IMG/VR virus record: IMGVR_UViG_3300047509_000227
Span: 1 to 56,357 of that record
DNA from: a virus
Taxonomy: Duplodnaviria; Caudoviricetes
DNA: 56,357 nt
Direction: 5' to 3' (one strand)
Of this stretch, positions 9,432 to 19,010 are shown piece after piece. The notes beneath the pieces were generated by a model. The model ran no database searches and was not told where the DNA came from. It saw only the letters and a program-made list of their open reading frames with translations. A program made the translations under genes and the position numbers. Every line of letters begins with the position of its first letter. Positions within the stretch are counted from its first letter, which is position 1.

Positions 9432-9613
9432 TTGGGAATGCCTACAGAATAACCGCCAAAGACGCTGTTGGACAGGAGATGAGATTCGCCGTCTTCTCTC
9501 GCTTCCGGGCACTCGAATTGGCCAAATCTCTCGAGAACAAGAAGTTCCGAGACATCACGATCAAGATCGGGACCGAGATCTACCAGCCTCCATTCGAAGA
9601 GAGCCTGCCATGA
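9428..9613 (+). CDS. Small hypothetical protein
   Basis: ATGA coupling on both sides. Confidence 0.6.
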   Translation: MIGNAYRITAKDAVGQEMRFAVFSRFRALELAKSLENKKFRDITIKIGTEIYQPPFEESLP

Positions 9614-9948
9614 GTATTCGAACGGTGCCCGAGCGACGCGAGCTTCCGACCCGACGAAACTCTTCCGCCATCACCTTCTACCATGAGAGCGTCGAGTATA
9701 AGGTTTACTTCTCCCAGTATGAGCCTGACGGTAGGCTCGCGGAGATCTTCATCGAGGTGGCAAAGACCGGCACCTCGGCCAACATCTTTGCAAAAGAGTG
9801 CGCTGTTATTCTGTCGCTCGCGTTGCAGTACGGAACGCCCCAGGAGACTCTCTACGCGGCCTTGCCGAAGGTGCAGGACGGGAGCCCGGCGGGGCCAATC
9901 GGCAAGGCCATGCGCTACGCTCTCACAGGAGAGATTCCCCTTCCATGA
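9610..9948 (+). CDS. Stand-alone TSCPD/NrdJ C-terminal-like domain
   Basis: RRELPTRR...DGRLAEIFI...SLALQYG. Confidence 0.75.
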   Translation: MSIRTVPERRELPTRRNSSAITFYHESVEYKVYFSQYEPDGRLAEIFIEVAKTGTSANIFAKECAVILSLALQYGTPQETLYAALPKVQDGSPAGPIGKAMRYALTGEIPLP

Positions 9949-9955
9949 CGAAAGG

Positions 9956-11200
9956 ATGCCGCTTGCGGTGGCCCTGAATGGCGTTTGGATCGACTTTATC
10001 GAGCAATGGCTCGATTACACGGCTGGTACAAACTCGCCACCGATGTTCAGACTCTGGTCGGGGATTTCGCTCGTTGCAGGGGCACTCGAGAGACGGGTCT
10101 GGACGCAGACGGGGCAGAGGTCGGTCTTTCCGAATCTCTACACGATGCTGGTCGCGCCGCCTGGCGTCGGGAAGTTCATCATCGAGGACGTTCGGGATCT
10201 CTGGAATATTGTGCTCAAGCCCAACACCGACACCTTTGCGTTCAGAGTCGGGCCGGATAATATGACCAAGGCAGCGATGATCGACGCTCTCGCCGGGGCA
10301 CAGCAGATTGTGCTACCGCAAAAGGGCCCTCCACAGACCTACCATTCACTCTTGGTCGCGACGGAAGAGATGGAGACTTTCATGCCCGAGTACGACCGAG
10401 AGTTCATCGGGGTGCTCAACTCGATCTACAACAACAAACCGTACTATGACGAACTTCGCCGCCATGGGCCGAATAGAAAGATCAGAATTGAAAATCCCCA
10501 ACTCAACATCCTCGCCGGAGCGCAACCTGCCTACATGGCCTCCCGGTTCCCGGAGGATATGTGGAGCACAGGGTTCTCCAGGCGGATTATAATGGTCTAC
10601 TGTGGTGAGGGGATTTTCCAAGAGTTGTGGGACTCCCCGCAGGCGCTGTCGGGCTCGCTCACCGTCATGGCCAGGAGGCTGGGGCAGATGTCTGCCCTCT
10701 TCGGCGAAGCCCGCTGGGCCGTAGACGCCGCCGACGGCATCGCCGAGTGGCATCGCACAGGCTGCCCGCCGGTTCCACAGCATTCGAAACTCTCCAACTA
10801 CAACCGCTCCCGGACGGTGCACGTCATAAAACTCGCGACCATCTCGGCCATTGCTCGAACGGGGACGCTTGTTGTCACGCTCGCCGACTTCATCCGCGGT
10901 CGAGCCTGGTTGTTGGAGGCCGAACGGGCGATGCCTGACATCTTCCGCGAGATGATTGGGAAGTCCGACCAGCAGGTCATTGAAGAATTGCACTATTATG
11001 TGACGGCCGTCTGGGCCAAGGACCGACAGCAGGCCGTCAATGGCGAAAAGATAATGGAGTTCCTCCTCCAGCGTGTGCCGACGGAGAAAGCCCAAAAGGT
11101 GATGCAAGCCGCCGCGGCGGCGAACTACATCCAGCGCGCCGCAGGGACCGACAATCACTGGCTGCCCCGGCCGAAGATCGAGGCAAGAGGGGTCCAATGA
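9956..11200 (+). CDS. DUF3987-like P-loop ATPase (probable replicative helicase-like protein)
   Basis: PNLYTMLVAPPGVGK Walker A; TGFSRR; likely start ATG 9956. Confidence 0.7.
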   Translation: MPLAVALNGVWIDFIEQWLDYTAGTNSPPMFRLWSGISLVAGALERRVWTQTGQRSVFPNLYTMLVAPPGVGKFIIEDVRDLWNIVLKPNTDTFAFRVGPDNMTKAAMIDALAGAQQIVLPQKGPPQTYHSLLVATEEMETFMPEYDREFIGVLNSIYNNKPYYDELRRHGPNRKIRIENPQLNILAGAQPAYMASRFPEDMWSTGFSRRIIMVYCGEGIFQELWDSPQALSGSLTVMARRLGQMSALFGEARWAVDAADGIAEWHRTGCPPVPQHSKLSNYNRSRTVHVIKLATISAIARTGTLVVTLADFIRGRAWLLEAERAMPDIFREMIGKSDQQVIEELHYYVTAVWAKDRQQAVNGEKIMEFLLQRVPTEKAQKVMQAAAAANYIQRAAGTDNHWLPRPKIEARGVQ

Positions 11201-11227
11201 CGATGGCCAGCCTGTGCCTCATAAAAG

Positions 11228-11240
11228 ATCAACCGTTGAT
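11228..11240. promoter_or_regulatory. Palindromic operator-like site ATCAACCGTTGAT
   Basis: Between the DUF3987 gene and 11411; flank AAAGATCAACC is shared with the 32331 copy. Confidence 0.55.
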
Positions 11241-11410
11241 AGGTGGGCTGACTTTGGGCGCGACCGCTGGGGCGAAGCGGGGCGGAGGGGATTGGATGCT
11301 GTGGGCGTGCAATGGGCGTGCGATGGCCGTTGCATGTCATCGACGTACCTACCATCACCACAAAATGACGGCCATGCCACGCCCCCTTCCACCACACCCT
11401 GGAGCCACCC

Positions 11411-11683
11411 ATGCCCCTCTTGACTGAAGCCGACGCTCATCTCCGCTGGTGCCCCTTCGTCAGAACAGGGGCCTTCTCTGACCGAGGTCCGCTAACGCCG
11501 ATTGCAATCAACAGAGACCCTCGGATCGAAGTGGAGTCAGCCTGCAGGTGTATCGTGTCGAATTGTATGGCCTGGCGCTGGGCGATCAAGGAAGAGCAGC
11601 CGGAAAGTTCGATGGTGTCGAAGAAGCTCCCGAAAAGTGCCTGGAAGGGGTATTGTGGTCTGATGGGGAGGCCGGAACTGTGA
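11411..11683 (+). CDS. Cys-rich hypothetical phage protein
   Basis: WCPF...CIVSNCMAWRW...GYCGL. Confidence 0.75.
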   Translation: MPLLTEADAHLRWCPFVRTGAFSDRGPLTPIAINRDPRIEVESACRCIVSNCMAWRWAIKEEQPESSMVSKKLPKSAWKGYCGLMGRPEL

Positions 11684-11979
11684 GCAAGCGGTTCGTCGTC
11701 CGAGCCGGGCCGAGAGAACGCTATGCGTTCGAGTTCTCCCCTGTAGACATAGAGCGGGACAAGTACCGACCAGTGATTCTGTACTCGACCGAGGTCCCTG
11801 ACGCTATGGCCCTCGCAGAGTGCATTGCCCTCTATAAGAGTGGAGTTCGGGCCAAGGCCTCCGCCGAAGGCGGACAGAAAAAATTCAAGCCTCTGGCGGA
11901 GATTCTCCGAATAAAGCGAGAGAATAAGAAGAAGGGCTTTGGCATCGTCTACAACGAACGGGATTATCTGGAGGAATAG
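11680..11979 (+). CDS. Hypothetical protein
   Basis: GTGA coupling. Confidence 0.6.
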   Translation: MSKRFVVRAGPRERYAFEFSPVDIERDKYRPVILYSTEVPDAMALAECIALYKSGVRAKASAEGGQKKFKPLAEILRIKRENKKKGFGIVYNERDYLEE

Positions 11980-11980
11980 A

Positions 11981-12343
11981 GTGCCCTATACTATAGGTAA
12001 TAGCAGCCGTGGCCTACGCCCAGTTCGGCCTGCACCCAGGGTCAGCTCTCCTGGCAGACCGTTAGTTGCACCCTCCCGCTTCGAGGCCTCAAACTTGCTG
12101 GTCGTAAATGGGCAGAGAGGGGCCTGGAGCCGAGGCCAACTTCTGCCCCTCGAGGCCAGCTTGTTGGCCCTCCTCCGGCGCAATAGTGGCCTGAGATTCA
12201 CCGCCCGAGAGCTGGCGGATGAGACAAGCCTCTGGCCTGTGGCCAACGCCCTGAGAGGCCTCTCTCTCAAGGGCAAGGTCGGACAGGCCAAACTCAAGGT
12301 CCACGACGGCGAGAAAGCCGTTCGGTACTACTGGGCCCTCTGA
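11981..12343 (+). CDS. Winged-helix DNA-binding protein
   Basis: FTARELADETSLWPVANALRGLSLKGKV...RYYWA. Confidence 0.55.
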   Translation: MPYTIGNSSRGLRPVRPAPRVSSPGRPLVAPSRFEASNLLVVNGQRGAWSRGQLLPLEASLLALLRRNSGLRFTARELADETSLWPVANALRGLSLKGKVGQAKLKVHDGEKAVRYYWAL

Positions 12344-12354
12344 CCTACGAGGTA

Positions 12355-12618
12355 ATGGCGATGAACACCAAAGTTGACTATGTGCTCTCACAGAGACAGA
12401 CCCGAGGACATACCTGCCATTGGCCAGGCTGTGATCGTCAGGTTCCACCTGCGATGTGGGGCTGCAAAGAGCACTGGTACAAGCTGCCGAAGTCTCTTCG
12501 CGATCTTATCTGGGCAACTTACTTACCAGGGCAAGAGGTCTCACTCTCCCCATCGAGAGGCTATATCGAGGCAGCGGAGTTAGTGCAGAAGTGGATTAGG
12601 GAGTTTGGGCAGGCATGA
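12355..12618 (+). CDS. Zinc-finger-like protein
   Basis: CHWPGC...GCKEHWYKLP. Confidence 0.75.
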   Translation: MAMNTKVDYVLSQRQTRGHTCHWPGCDRQVPPAMWGCKEHWYKLPKSLRDLIWATYLPGQEVSLSPSRGYIEAAELVQKWIREFGQA

Positions 12619-12623
12619 CGACA

Positions 12624-12645
12624 ATGGCACCGGGGACACCATCAA
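12624..12645 (+). repeat. 22-bp element, exact inverted copy of 32339-32360
   Basis: ATGGCACCGGGGACACCATCAA at the point where + and - transcription converge. Confidence 0.85.
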
Positions 12646-12666
12646 CGATCTATAATTTGCCCCAAA

Positions 12667-14718
12667 TCACTGCTGACTCCCTCGCAGGGTCGTCGCGGCC
12701 GACCCAGCACGCGCGCCCTGCAACGCAGCGAGTGGCAGCCGTGGGTGTTTGACTGTCCGAGCAGCCGATCGGACTACCCAAGGAGCCATAGCACCAATAA
12801 TTCCACCCCATGCACTTTGGACAAACTCACTTCCTGGAAGACCGAGAGCGTGAAGACCTGCGGTAGCAATTTGTGGTCCGACTGTTCCGCCAAGCAATCC
12901 TCCGAGGAGGTTGGGAGTCCATGAGCCGGATTTTTCCTTCAGGGCGTTGTAATTGGCATTCGCGTTGTCGAGATCCCTCTGCGCCTGCCTCTGGGCCGAC
13001 TGCAACTGGACTCGGGCACCCTTCTGACCAGCAGATGTAGCCGCACGAGTGTCGGCCAGCGCCCCGGCGATTGTCTTATGGGCGAGGTTGAAGGAGGCCA
13101 TGTCGGACTCATGCTTCGCCAGCGCGGCGTCGATGTTCCCGGCGTTCCCGGGCGCAAGCGCCAACTTGGCCTCGGGCGACAAGTTTGACCATTGTTTGCC
13201 CTGCTGACGCATGAACGCCGCCGTCAGGCCATCTACTGCCTGCGGCATCTCGCTTCGGAGGGCAGAGAGGTCTGTCGCGCCGGACCTTCCGGCAGTCAGC
13301 AGCCTACGCGCAGCGGCCTCGGGATTTGGGTCACTCGCGGGATCAGGCTTCTTCCCGGAGATGACCTTGGCGAGCGGACCTTCGGCGAAGCCGAACAGTC
13401 GAGTCGATTGGGCATTGGCGTCGTTGAAGGCCTTGGCGGCCTGTGGCGAGACCTCGCTCGCTCTCGCGCCCATGTCGTGCGTCAGCGCACGGTAGAGGTT
13501 GGCCAAGTCTTGCTGATGAATGGGCTTGACCGTGGCGGTGTCGCCCATTGCGTCGCCGATCAGTGACCGCAACTCTCGGGCATCCTGCCAGGTAAGTGGC
13601 TTGACTGTCGGCTCTTCTCCCGGGATGTCCTCGGACGGGCGGAGGGCGCCCTGCAACCTTCGGTTGAGACTATCGAAGATGGGACTTTTGAGATCCCCGC
13701 CGAGGCGACTGCCCTTCGAGGTGATCTGAGTAAGAGCCCCTGCGTACTCAGGAAGTTCGATCTCGCTCGTCGGAGGGACAAGTTTATCGACGGGTGCCCA
13801 AGCAGCAGCCTGCCTCTTCGGCATCTCTGTAGTCAGCCACTTCCTTCCTGCGTCCTGCATTCCCTCGCCAGCCTCTTGCAGGGTCTGCGTCGGGCCGAAC
13901 TTCGCGGCGATCTGCTCATAGGGAGGGATGTGGGGAGTGAGGGCGGCCTTCGCCGCCTCGGCCTGTTGGCGGGCCTGAGCGAGCTTGTCTTGGGCATCCT
14001 TGGCGAGAGCGATGTTGCCATCAAACCTCGCATCCTTGGCCTGAGTCAATGCAGTCGAGGCGTTGCTGGCAGCCCTCTTTGCCGAGGAGAGGGCGAGCAT
14101 GTTTCTGACATCCCCGATGATGCTGCCACCGGCAAGCCCGGTCGCGATGCCAGCCAGGTCCGAGGTAATCGGGTTGTTAGGAAAGACTTCCTCGGTTGCA
14201 CCAGAGCCAAGGCCTGCGATACCACCAACAGCAACGGCACCGGGGATGTCCCCTGTAAGGGCGAGCGGAATGGCGCCAGTGGCCCCCGCAACGGTCCCGG
14301 CAGCAAGTCGCTGGCCAAGGGTATCGGGGTGACCGAGCTGGGTCCCCGTCAGTCCCAGGGCATTTGTTGCACCCTGCAGGGCGCTCGATGTCGGCAAGGT
14401 CGGCTTGCCGTTTGGAGTGAGCAGAGGCAGGCCAAAGGTCAAGGAGGCTGAGTTAATCGCTCCAGTCAGGGCCGGAGCATACTTCTCGCCAGCGGCGATG
14501 AGATCACCGGGAGCGCCAGCTCCGAGATCGAACCCTTGCGCAGCGGCCGTGCCGAGAACTGCTGGCCACTTTATGTAGGGCGAGGCTGCAGGTGCAGGCG
14601 CTGCCTGCTGACTTGCGTGCCCCCCGTACATCTGCTGCATGGCCTTGTCAATGTCGGCAGATGACATCGAGTCAGGAAAGGCAATGACCTTGCCGTCAGG
14701 GCCCTCTACGTTGGGCAT
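12667..14718 (-). CDS. Internal virion/DNA ejection protein (large)
   Basis: N-terminal VEGPDGKVIAFPDSMS; Ala/Gly-rich hydrophobic segments; last late gene. Confidence 0.7.
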   Translation of the reverse strand: MPNVEGPDGKVIAFPDSMSSADIDKAMQQMYGGHASQQAAPAPAASPYIKWPAVLGTAAAQGFDLGAGAPGDLIAAGEKYAPALTGAINSASLTFGLPLLTPNGKPTLPTSSALQGATNALGLTGTQLGHPDTLGQRLAAGTVAGATGAIPLALTGDIPGAVAVGGIAGLGSGATEEVFPNNPITSDLAGIATGLAGGSIIGDVRNMLALSSAKRAASNASTALTQAKDARFDGNIALAKDAQDKLAQARQQAEAAKAALTPHIPPYEQIAAKFGPTQTLQEAGEGMQDAGRKWLTTEMPKRQAAAWAPVDKLVPPTSEIELPEYAGALTQITSKGSRLGGDLKSPIFDSLNRRLQGALRPSEDIPGEEPTVKPLTWQDARELRSLIGDAMGDTATVKPIHQQDLANLYRALTHDMGARASEVSPQAAKAFNDANAQSTRLFGFAEGPLAKVISGKKPDPASDPNPEAAARRLLTAGRSGATDLSALRSEMPQAVDGLTAAFMRQQGKQWSNLSPEAKLALAPGNAGNIDAALAKHESDMASFNLAHKTIAGALADTRAATSAGQKGARVQLQSAQRQAQRDLDNANANYNALKEKSGSWTPNLLGGLLGGTVGPQIATAGLHALGLPGSEFVQSAWGGIIGAMAPWVVRSAARTVKHPRLPLAALQGARAGSAATTLRGSQQ

Positions 14719-14721
14719 CTC

Positions 14722-16446
14722 TTATTGCCCTCCCACCGGCACAAGGCCCTTGCCAGGAATCCACCGATGAGTGACTCGGTCGGCAGGCGCAGCAGTCGGT
14801 CCGATGTTGAGCCCCCCGCCAGTCTTCGTCGGGAGCTTCATCATGTTCTGATGGTCGTTGAAGTAGGTGTAGAAGTCGGTCAGCTCCCCAGGGATTTTGC
14901 CCGCATGGACACCCTCGCGATATTGAGGCCACATTTCACTTCTGGCGTAGCCAAGTTGGAGGTGATACTTGGCCTGGTTTAGGAGCGTCAAGAGAGCTTT
15001 GGGGTCGGTCGCAGAAGACATCATCGAGAGGAAGGCATCGACCTCCGACCGCATTACGCGACCAGTGCCTTGGGCTGCAGCCTTCAATTCCGAGATCACA
15101 AGCGGCTTGACGTTGGCCTCGAAGACCTGCGTATCGGCGAGTGAGGCGTTGCCGACCTTATCAATGTCTTTCTGTGTGAAGCCAGTAAAACCAGCGTTCC
15201 GCAAGCCTTGCATGAGGCGGGCGAGCGAGCCTCGCGTGTCAGCCAAGCCACCCGACTCGAAATGCTGCAGTGCCTGAGTCATTGTATCGAAGCGGTTCAT
15301 CGCCGTGGGGATCTCTCTCGCGTCCGTGGCCATGTCGGAGGTGATCTCCCCAGCAACCTTGCCGGAGGCCTCATTCGCAGTGGCCTCGCTCTGCGACGGG
15401 CCGGTCATGAGGTGTGGCCCGCCAGCAGGCCCAGCCTGTGGCCCAAGTTTGTGCGTCTGCTCATACCTGTCGGCCAGGGCGTTCGCGATGGTGTCGTTGG
15501 GAGCGGCTGCAATGGCGGCGTCGATATTGCCCTTATGCGCCGCCAGGAGGTTATCGAGGGCCTTTGGCGAGGGCGCAGCGGCAGACTGACCTTCTGCTGG
15601 AGGTGGCCCTCCTGGCTCGTTCATCGTCAGCGGCGTGGCCGTGCTGCCTTGCTGCAGCACCGTCGTCGGGATGCCCTTTGGGCCGAGTGGCTGCGTTGCA
15701 TAGGCCGGAGCAGGAGTCATTGGGACGGCATTCGCCGGGGCGAAGCCTCCGCCGAACTGCGGTGGGAGCTGCACTCCGAACTGCTTCATCCCGCCAGTAT
15801 CGACAGTCGTCGGCTTCCCAATAATTCCCGAGATCGAGTCTGGTGGCAAACCAGCGGCGAGCGAGTAGCCAACAATTCGCTGTCCAAGGACGGCCCTCGC
15901 GGCTTGAGGGTCCTTTGGTAAGTCTGCCAAGAGAGACTTCTGAAGTGAGTCGAGGGCCGGGCCGACCTGTTCTCTGGCCATCGGCGACATCGAGGCCAGA
16001 GCATTGGTCTTAATCGCGTCCCACTGGCTTGGATCAGCCAACAGTGTCGGCATCATCTTATAAAAAGACTCGAGTCCCGACGACGATTGTTTGGCGACCT
16101 CGCCCTGGGCCTGAATCAGCGAGAGGTTGGCCGAGCGGAGAGTGTTGATGGTCTCGCCTGCGAATGGCGCGGTGATTGGGTCGGCCAAGAGGGCCTTGAT
16201 TGCGGACTCGGTATCAGGCGAATTGGCGAGAATCTCACCCGAGCGCTGGCGCGCAGCGAAGGTCTGCTGGAAGAGGGTGTTCGCGTTTCTCTGGTTCTGA
16301 ATCTCGGCCCACTTGCCCATCGTCTCGGCAGCATTCGGCACGACCGGCTGAGCGATCGTCTCGTCGTGAGAGAGCGCACCAGGGTTGATACCTGGCTGTG
16401 CCGGGTTAATGCCGCCACCAGAGAGGGAGAACATATTGTCAGGCAT
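14722..16446 (-). CDS. Internal virion/DNA ejection protein
   Basis: Position in the ejection cluster; helical, Gln/Ala-rich. Confidence 0.65.
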   Translation of the reverse strand: MPDNMFSLSGGGINPAQPGINPGALSHDETIAQPVVPNAAETMGKWAEIQNQRNANTLFQQTFAARQRSGEILANSPDTESAIKALLADPITAPFAGETINTLRSANLSLIQAQGEVAKQSSSGLESFYKMMPTLLADPSQWDAIKTNALASMSPMAREQVGPALDSLQKSLLADLPKDPQAARAVLGQRIVGYSLAAGLPPDSISGIIGKPTTVDTGGMKQFGVQLPPQFGGGFAPANAVPMTPAPAYATQPLGPKGIPTTVLQQGSTATPLTMNEPGGPPPAEGQSAAAPSPKALDNLLAAHKGNIDAAIAAAPNDTIANALADRYEQTHKLGPQAGPAGGPHLMTGPSQSEATANEASGKVAGEITSDMATDAREIPTAMNRFDTMTQALQHFESGGLADTRGSLARLMQGLRNAGFTGFTQKDIDKVGNASLADTQVFEANVKPLVISELKAAAQGTGRVMRSEVDAFLSMMSSATDPKALLTLLNQAKYHLQLGYARSEMWPQYREGVHAGKIPGELTDFYTYFNDHQNMMKLPTKTGGGLNIGPTAAPADRVTHRWIPGKGLVPVGGQ

Positions 16447-16458
16447 CTCTCGTCTCCA

Positions 16459-16833
16459 CTACTGAATGGGTGGAAGTGGAGCCACGTCTACTGGCGCGGG
16501 CATCAAGCCATTTGTTGGGGCTGCAGGCGCAGCAGCAGGTACGGCCGCAGTCGCTGCCGTAGTCGGGGTGCCGATGGGCGTCCCAGGAGGCCCGAGCCCG
16601 AGTACTTTCTGCGAGAACCAGGGGATTGGAGCCATGCCGGAGGATCGGCCGAGCAGCGCTTGGGCAATGAACGGAATCGGGGCCAAGTTTGGCAGCGCCT
16701 GCTGCGGCGAGGCCGCGATGTAAGAGTGCATGGCGGCGACATCAGCTGGCGTGCCTGGGGCCTCGACCTGTGCCACAGCAGTCGATTTCGGCCCCAGCAT
16801 TCTCGCAATGCCAAACGGGTCACTGTTGAGCAT
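16459..16833 (-). CDS. Pro/Ala-rich hypothetical virion protein
   Basis: Likely start MLNSDPFG overlapping the upstream gene. Confidence 0.5.
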   Translation of the reverse strand: MLNSDPFGIARMLGPKSTAVAQVEAPGTPADVAAMHSYIAASPQQALPNLAPIPFIAQALLGRSSGMAPIPWFSQKVLGLGPPGTPIGTPTTAATAAVPAAAPAAPTNGLMPAPVDVAPLPPIQ

Positions 16834-17302
16834 CTGGCGCTCCCTCTTCGGCAGGCGCAGCCTGCGAGCTATCGTCAGGTCCAGCCTGTGGCCCCATCGC
16901 ATTCGCTTGCGCCTGCTGCAATTCCCCGACCCTCTGTTGCACGTGCTGCCCGGCGAGCGACTGCAGCGCCGTCACGCCCATAGCGAAGCGGGCCTTCTGC
17001 AACACCGGCTGCAGCTGTTGCTCGCGCTGGAGCATGGCTTTCCACATCTGCTCGACCCAGCCAGCGAGAGCCTGACCGTCCTTCGGCATACCAGCGAGCA
17101 GCCCTGCGAGGCCCGCCGGGGTGAGGCCCTTCCCGACGAGGTGCGACGCCGAGCGCACGACATCGTCCTGCTCGACGAAATCCCCCAGGTCGCGTAGCGA
17201 CTGCAACTGCTGCCTGACGGCATCGAGGTTCGCAAAGCGATCCGCGACCTTGTCGTACTGGGCCTTTGCGCTGGCGTGGGCCTGAGTCAGGTGTTCGATC
17301 AC
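16820..17302 (-). CDS. Hypothetical virion protein
   Basis: Coiled-coil-like protein in the late operon. Confidence 0.65.
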   Translation of the reverse strand: MIEHLTQAHASAKAQYDKVADRFANLDAVRQQLQSLRDLGDFVEQDDVVRSASHLVGKGLTPAGLAGLLAGMPKDGQALAGWVEQMWKAMLQREQQLQPVLQKARFAMGVTALQSLAGQHVQQRVGELQQAQANAMGPQAGPDDSSQAAPAEEGAPDAQQ

Positions 17303-17305
17303 CTT

Positions 17306-17923
17306 CTATCCTCCGAACATTGCCATCAAACTCGCCATCATGCCGCCGTTGGAACTGCCCCCGCCATACATGCCCGCGCCAGAGCCGAAGCCAGTCATGT
17401 AGCCCATGGCGTTGTTGATGCCTCCGGCCATTGCATTCGCCCCGCCCACCACGGCGTTCGATTCACCTTGGGCTGCGGTCTGCGCCCCAGCGCCAATCCC
17501 TGCCGCCGCACTTTCTCCAACCCCCAGGAGGTTCATATAGTTCCCAACCTGCTGTTGGTAGGTCGTCGAGGCGAGGCCCTCGGCGTAGTTCGCTGCGCCC
17601 TTCATGGCCGCGCCACTGCTGCCCAGCCCCTGGGCGGCGAAACCATTCTGAGTCGCCTTCATCCCATTGTCGAGGGCGAACTGGTACCCGGGAGTGGCCT
17701 GCAATGCCTTGAGCGCCCCTGCAGAGCCCTGCGGCCCAATGCCGAGCAAATTCATCAGCCCAGGAATGGCGGATGTACCTGCCTGCATGAACGGCGAGAG
17801 GTCTTTCTGAACAGTATTAAACGCCGACTCTTGAAATTGAAGGGCCTGTTTTTCGGCCTCCGACTGCAAATTCGCCCCATAGATCGAGCTTCCAGCCATC
17901 GCCAGTCCACCAAGGCAGCTCAT
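17306..17923 (-). CDS. DNA transfer/pilot protein (P22 gp7-like)
   Basis: LSPFMQAG...LQATPGYQF...SSGAAMK; Gly/Ala-rich. Confidence 0.75.
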   Translation of the reverse strand: MSCLGGLAMAGSSIYGANLQSEAEKQALQFQESAFNTVQKDLSPFMQAGTSAIPGLMNLLGIGPQGSAGALKALQATPGYQFALDNGMKATQNGFAAQGLGSSGAAMKGAANYAEGLASTTYQQQVGNYMNLLGVGESAAAGIGAGAQTAAQGESNAVVGGANAMAGGINNAMGYMTGFGSGAGMYGGGSSNGGMMASLMAMFGG

Positions 17924-18402
17924 CTCTCAAGCCCTTTCGGTTCGTTCAGCCAGATCAAATACGTCATCTCGTAGGGCGTTCCGCCCTGACGCTTAAACAT
18001 CGTGTCGAGGGCAAAGCCCGAGGCAAACTGATGATGGGGCAACAACAGATTGATGCCATTGGCCCGAAGGTCGCGCTTCGACGTAGCCCAGAGTCGTATG
18101 GCGGCGCTCGTATGACGCCCCTCCTTCGAGACATACCACGGTCCCATCTGCGCTACGCGCAGCCCCTCCGAGAAGAGATGCCAGCCGAGATACCACACGA
18201 TGTAGCCGAGCAGCCCCTCGGAGCCTCTGGCAATCCAGAACCTGACGTTGCCCGCACGCTCGATCTCCCTAATACGGAGATGGTCGAGCTTGAAGGTCAC
18301 ACCATTCTCCCCAATCTCCTCATGATGGAGACGCATGAGCGGCTCGGCCTCGCGACAAAAGCTGTCCCAGGATTCGCGGCTGATAGTCGGTTGCTCTGTC
18401 AA
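17920..18402 (-). CDS. GNAT acetyltransferase-like protein
   Basis: LLGYIVWY...WYVSKEGRH motif-A-like region. Confidence 0.65.
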   Translation of the reverse strand: MTEQPTISRESWDSFCREAEPLMRLHHEEIGENGVTFKLDHLRIREIERAGNVRFWIARGSEGLLGYIVWYLGWHLFSEGLRVAQMGPWYVSKEGRHTSAAIRLWATSKRDLRANGINLLLPHHQFASGFALDTMFKRQGGTPYEMTYLIWLNEPKGLER

Positions 18403-19010
18403 TTCAGTCCACTCGTTGCAATGGCCTGCGAGAGTGTCTCAACCTCCTGCCGAAAGGCCAACATCTGTTGTTGCCTAGTCTGGAGATGTCTGATGCGCTC
18501 CCTCATGTCGATCTGGACATTCTGCCTCGCTATGGCAGCCCACCAGTTATGATTATGGGCCACGCCGAGAGTGTGTTCGAATAGTTGCGCGCAGCGCTCT
18601 TCGTCTTCAAGTTCGACGTACTCCCAGACCTTGACATCGGGAAGTGAGGCGACTGTGTCGAGCGCAATCGCTCTGCGGAAGAGTTCTTCCTGATCCACAT
18701 TGGTCACACCGAGCCTGACAAACGAGGCATAGACCTCGCGAAGTGGCCTCCGGACGACGACGACCTTAGCAGAGGGCAATGCATGGCGCAAGACCCTCCA
18801 GCCCACCACGGCCCCGGTTTCGACCACCCCCGTCAGAACGCTGAAGCGCCCCAACCAGTCCTGGACGCTGTCGCAGTACGCGGCGAGATCGTGGCCGCAA
18901 GAGAAGAGGCCGTATGAAAGGAACTGTGCGAGCCACGCACTTCGCGAGCGTGGGAGGCAGAGTATGATAAATTGCTTCGCCGGAGGTGCCGCTAGGAGGT
19001 GATCAGACAT
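18399..19010 (-). CDS. Sulfotransferase-like P-loop protein
   Basis: FIILCLPRSRSAWL and KVVVVRRPLREVYAS resemble the 5'PSB/3'PB motifs. Confidence 0.6.
   Translation of the reverse strand: MSDHLLAAPPAKQFIILCLPRSRSAWLAQFLSYGLFSCGHDLAAYCDSVQDWLGRFSVLTGVVETGAVVGWRVLRHALPSAKVVVVRRPLREVYASFVRLGVTNVDQEELFRRAIALDTVASLPDVKVWEYVELEDEERCAQLFEHTLGVAHNHNWWAAIARQNVQIDMRERIRHLQTRQQQMLAFRQEVETLSQAIATSGLN

Noticed and set aside
11228-11240. FNR/FixK box
   Set aside because: FNR sites are TTGAT-N4-ATCAA; here the half-sites are in the opposite order with 3-nt spacing
11197-11427. 76-aa ORF after the DUF3987 gene
   Set aside because: ATGA-coupled but with no recognisable features and it spans the operator-like site; left uncalled
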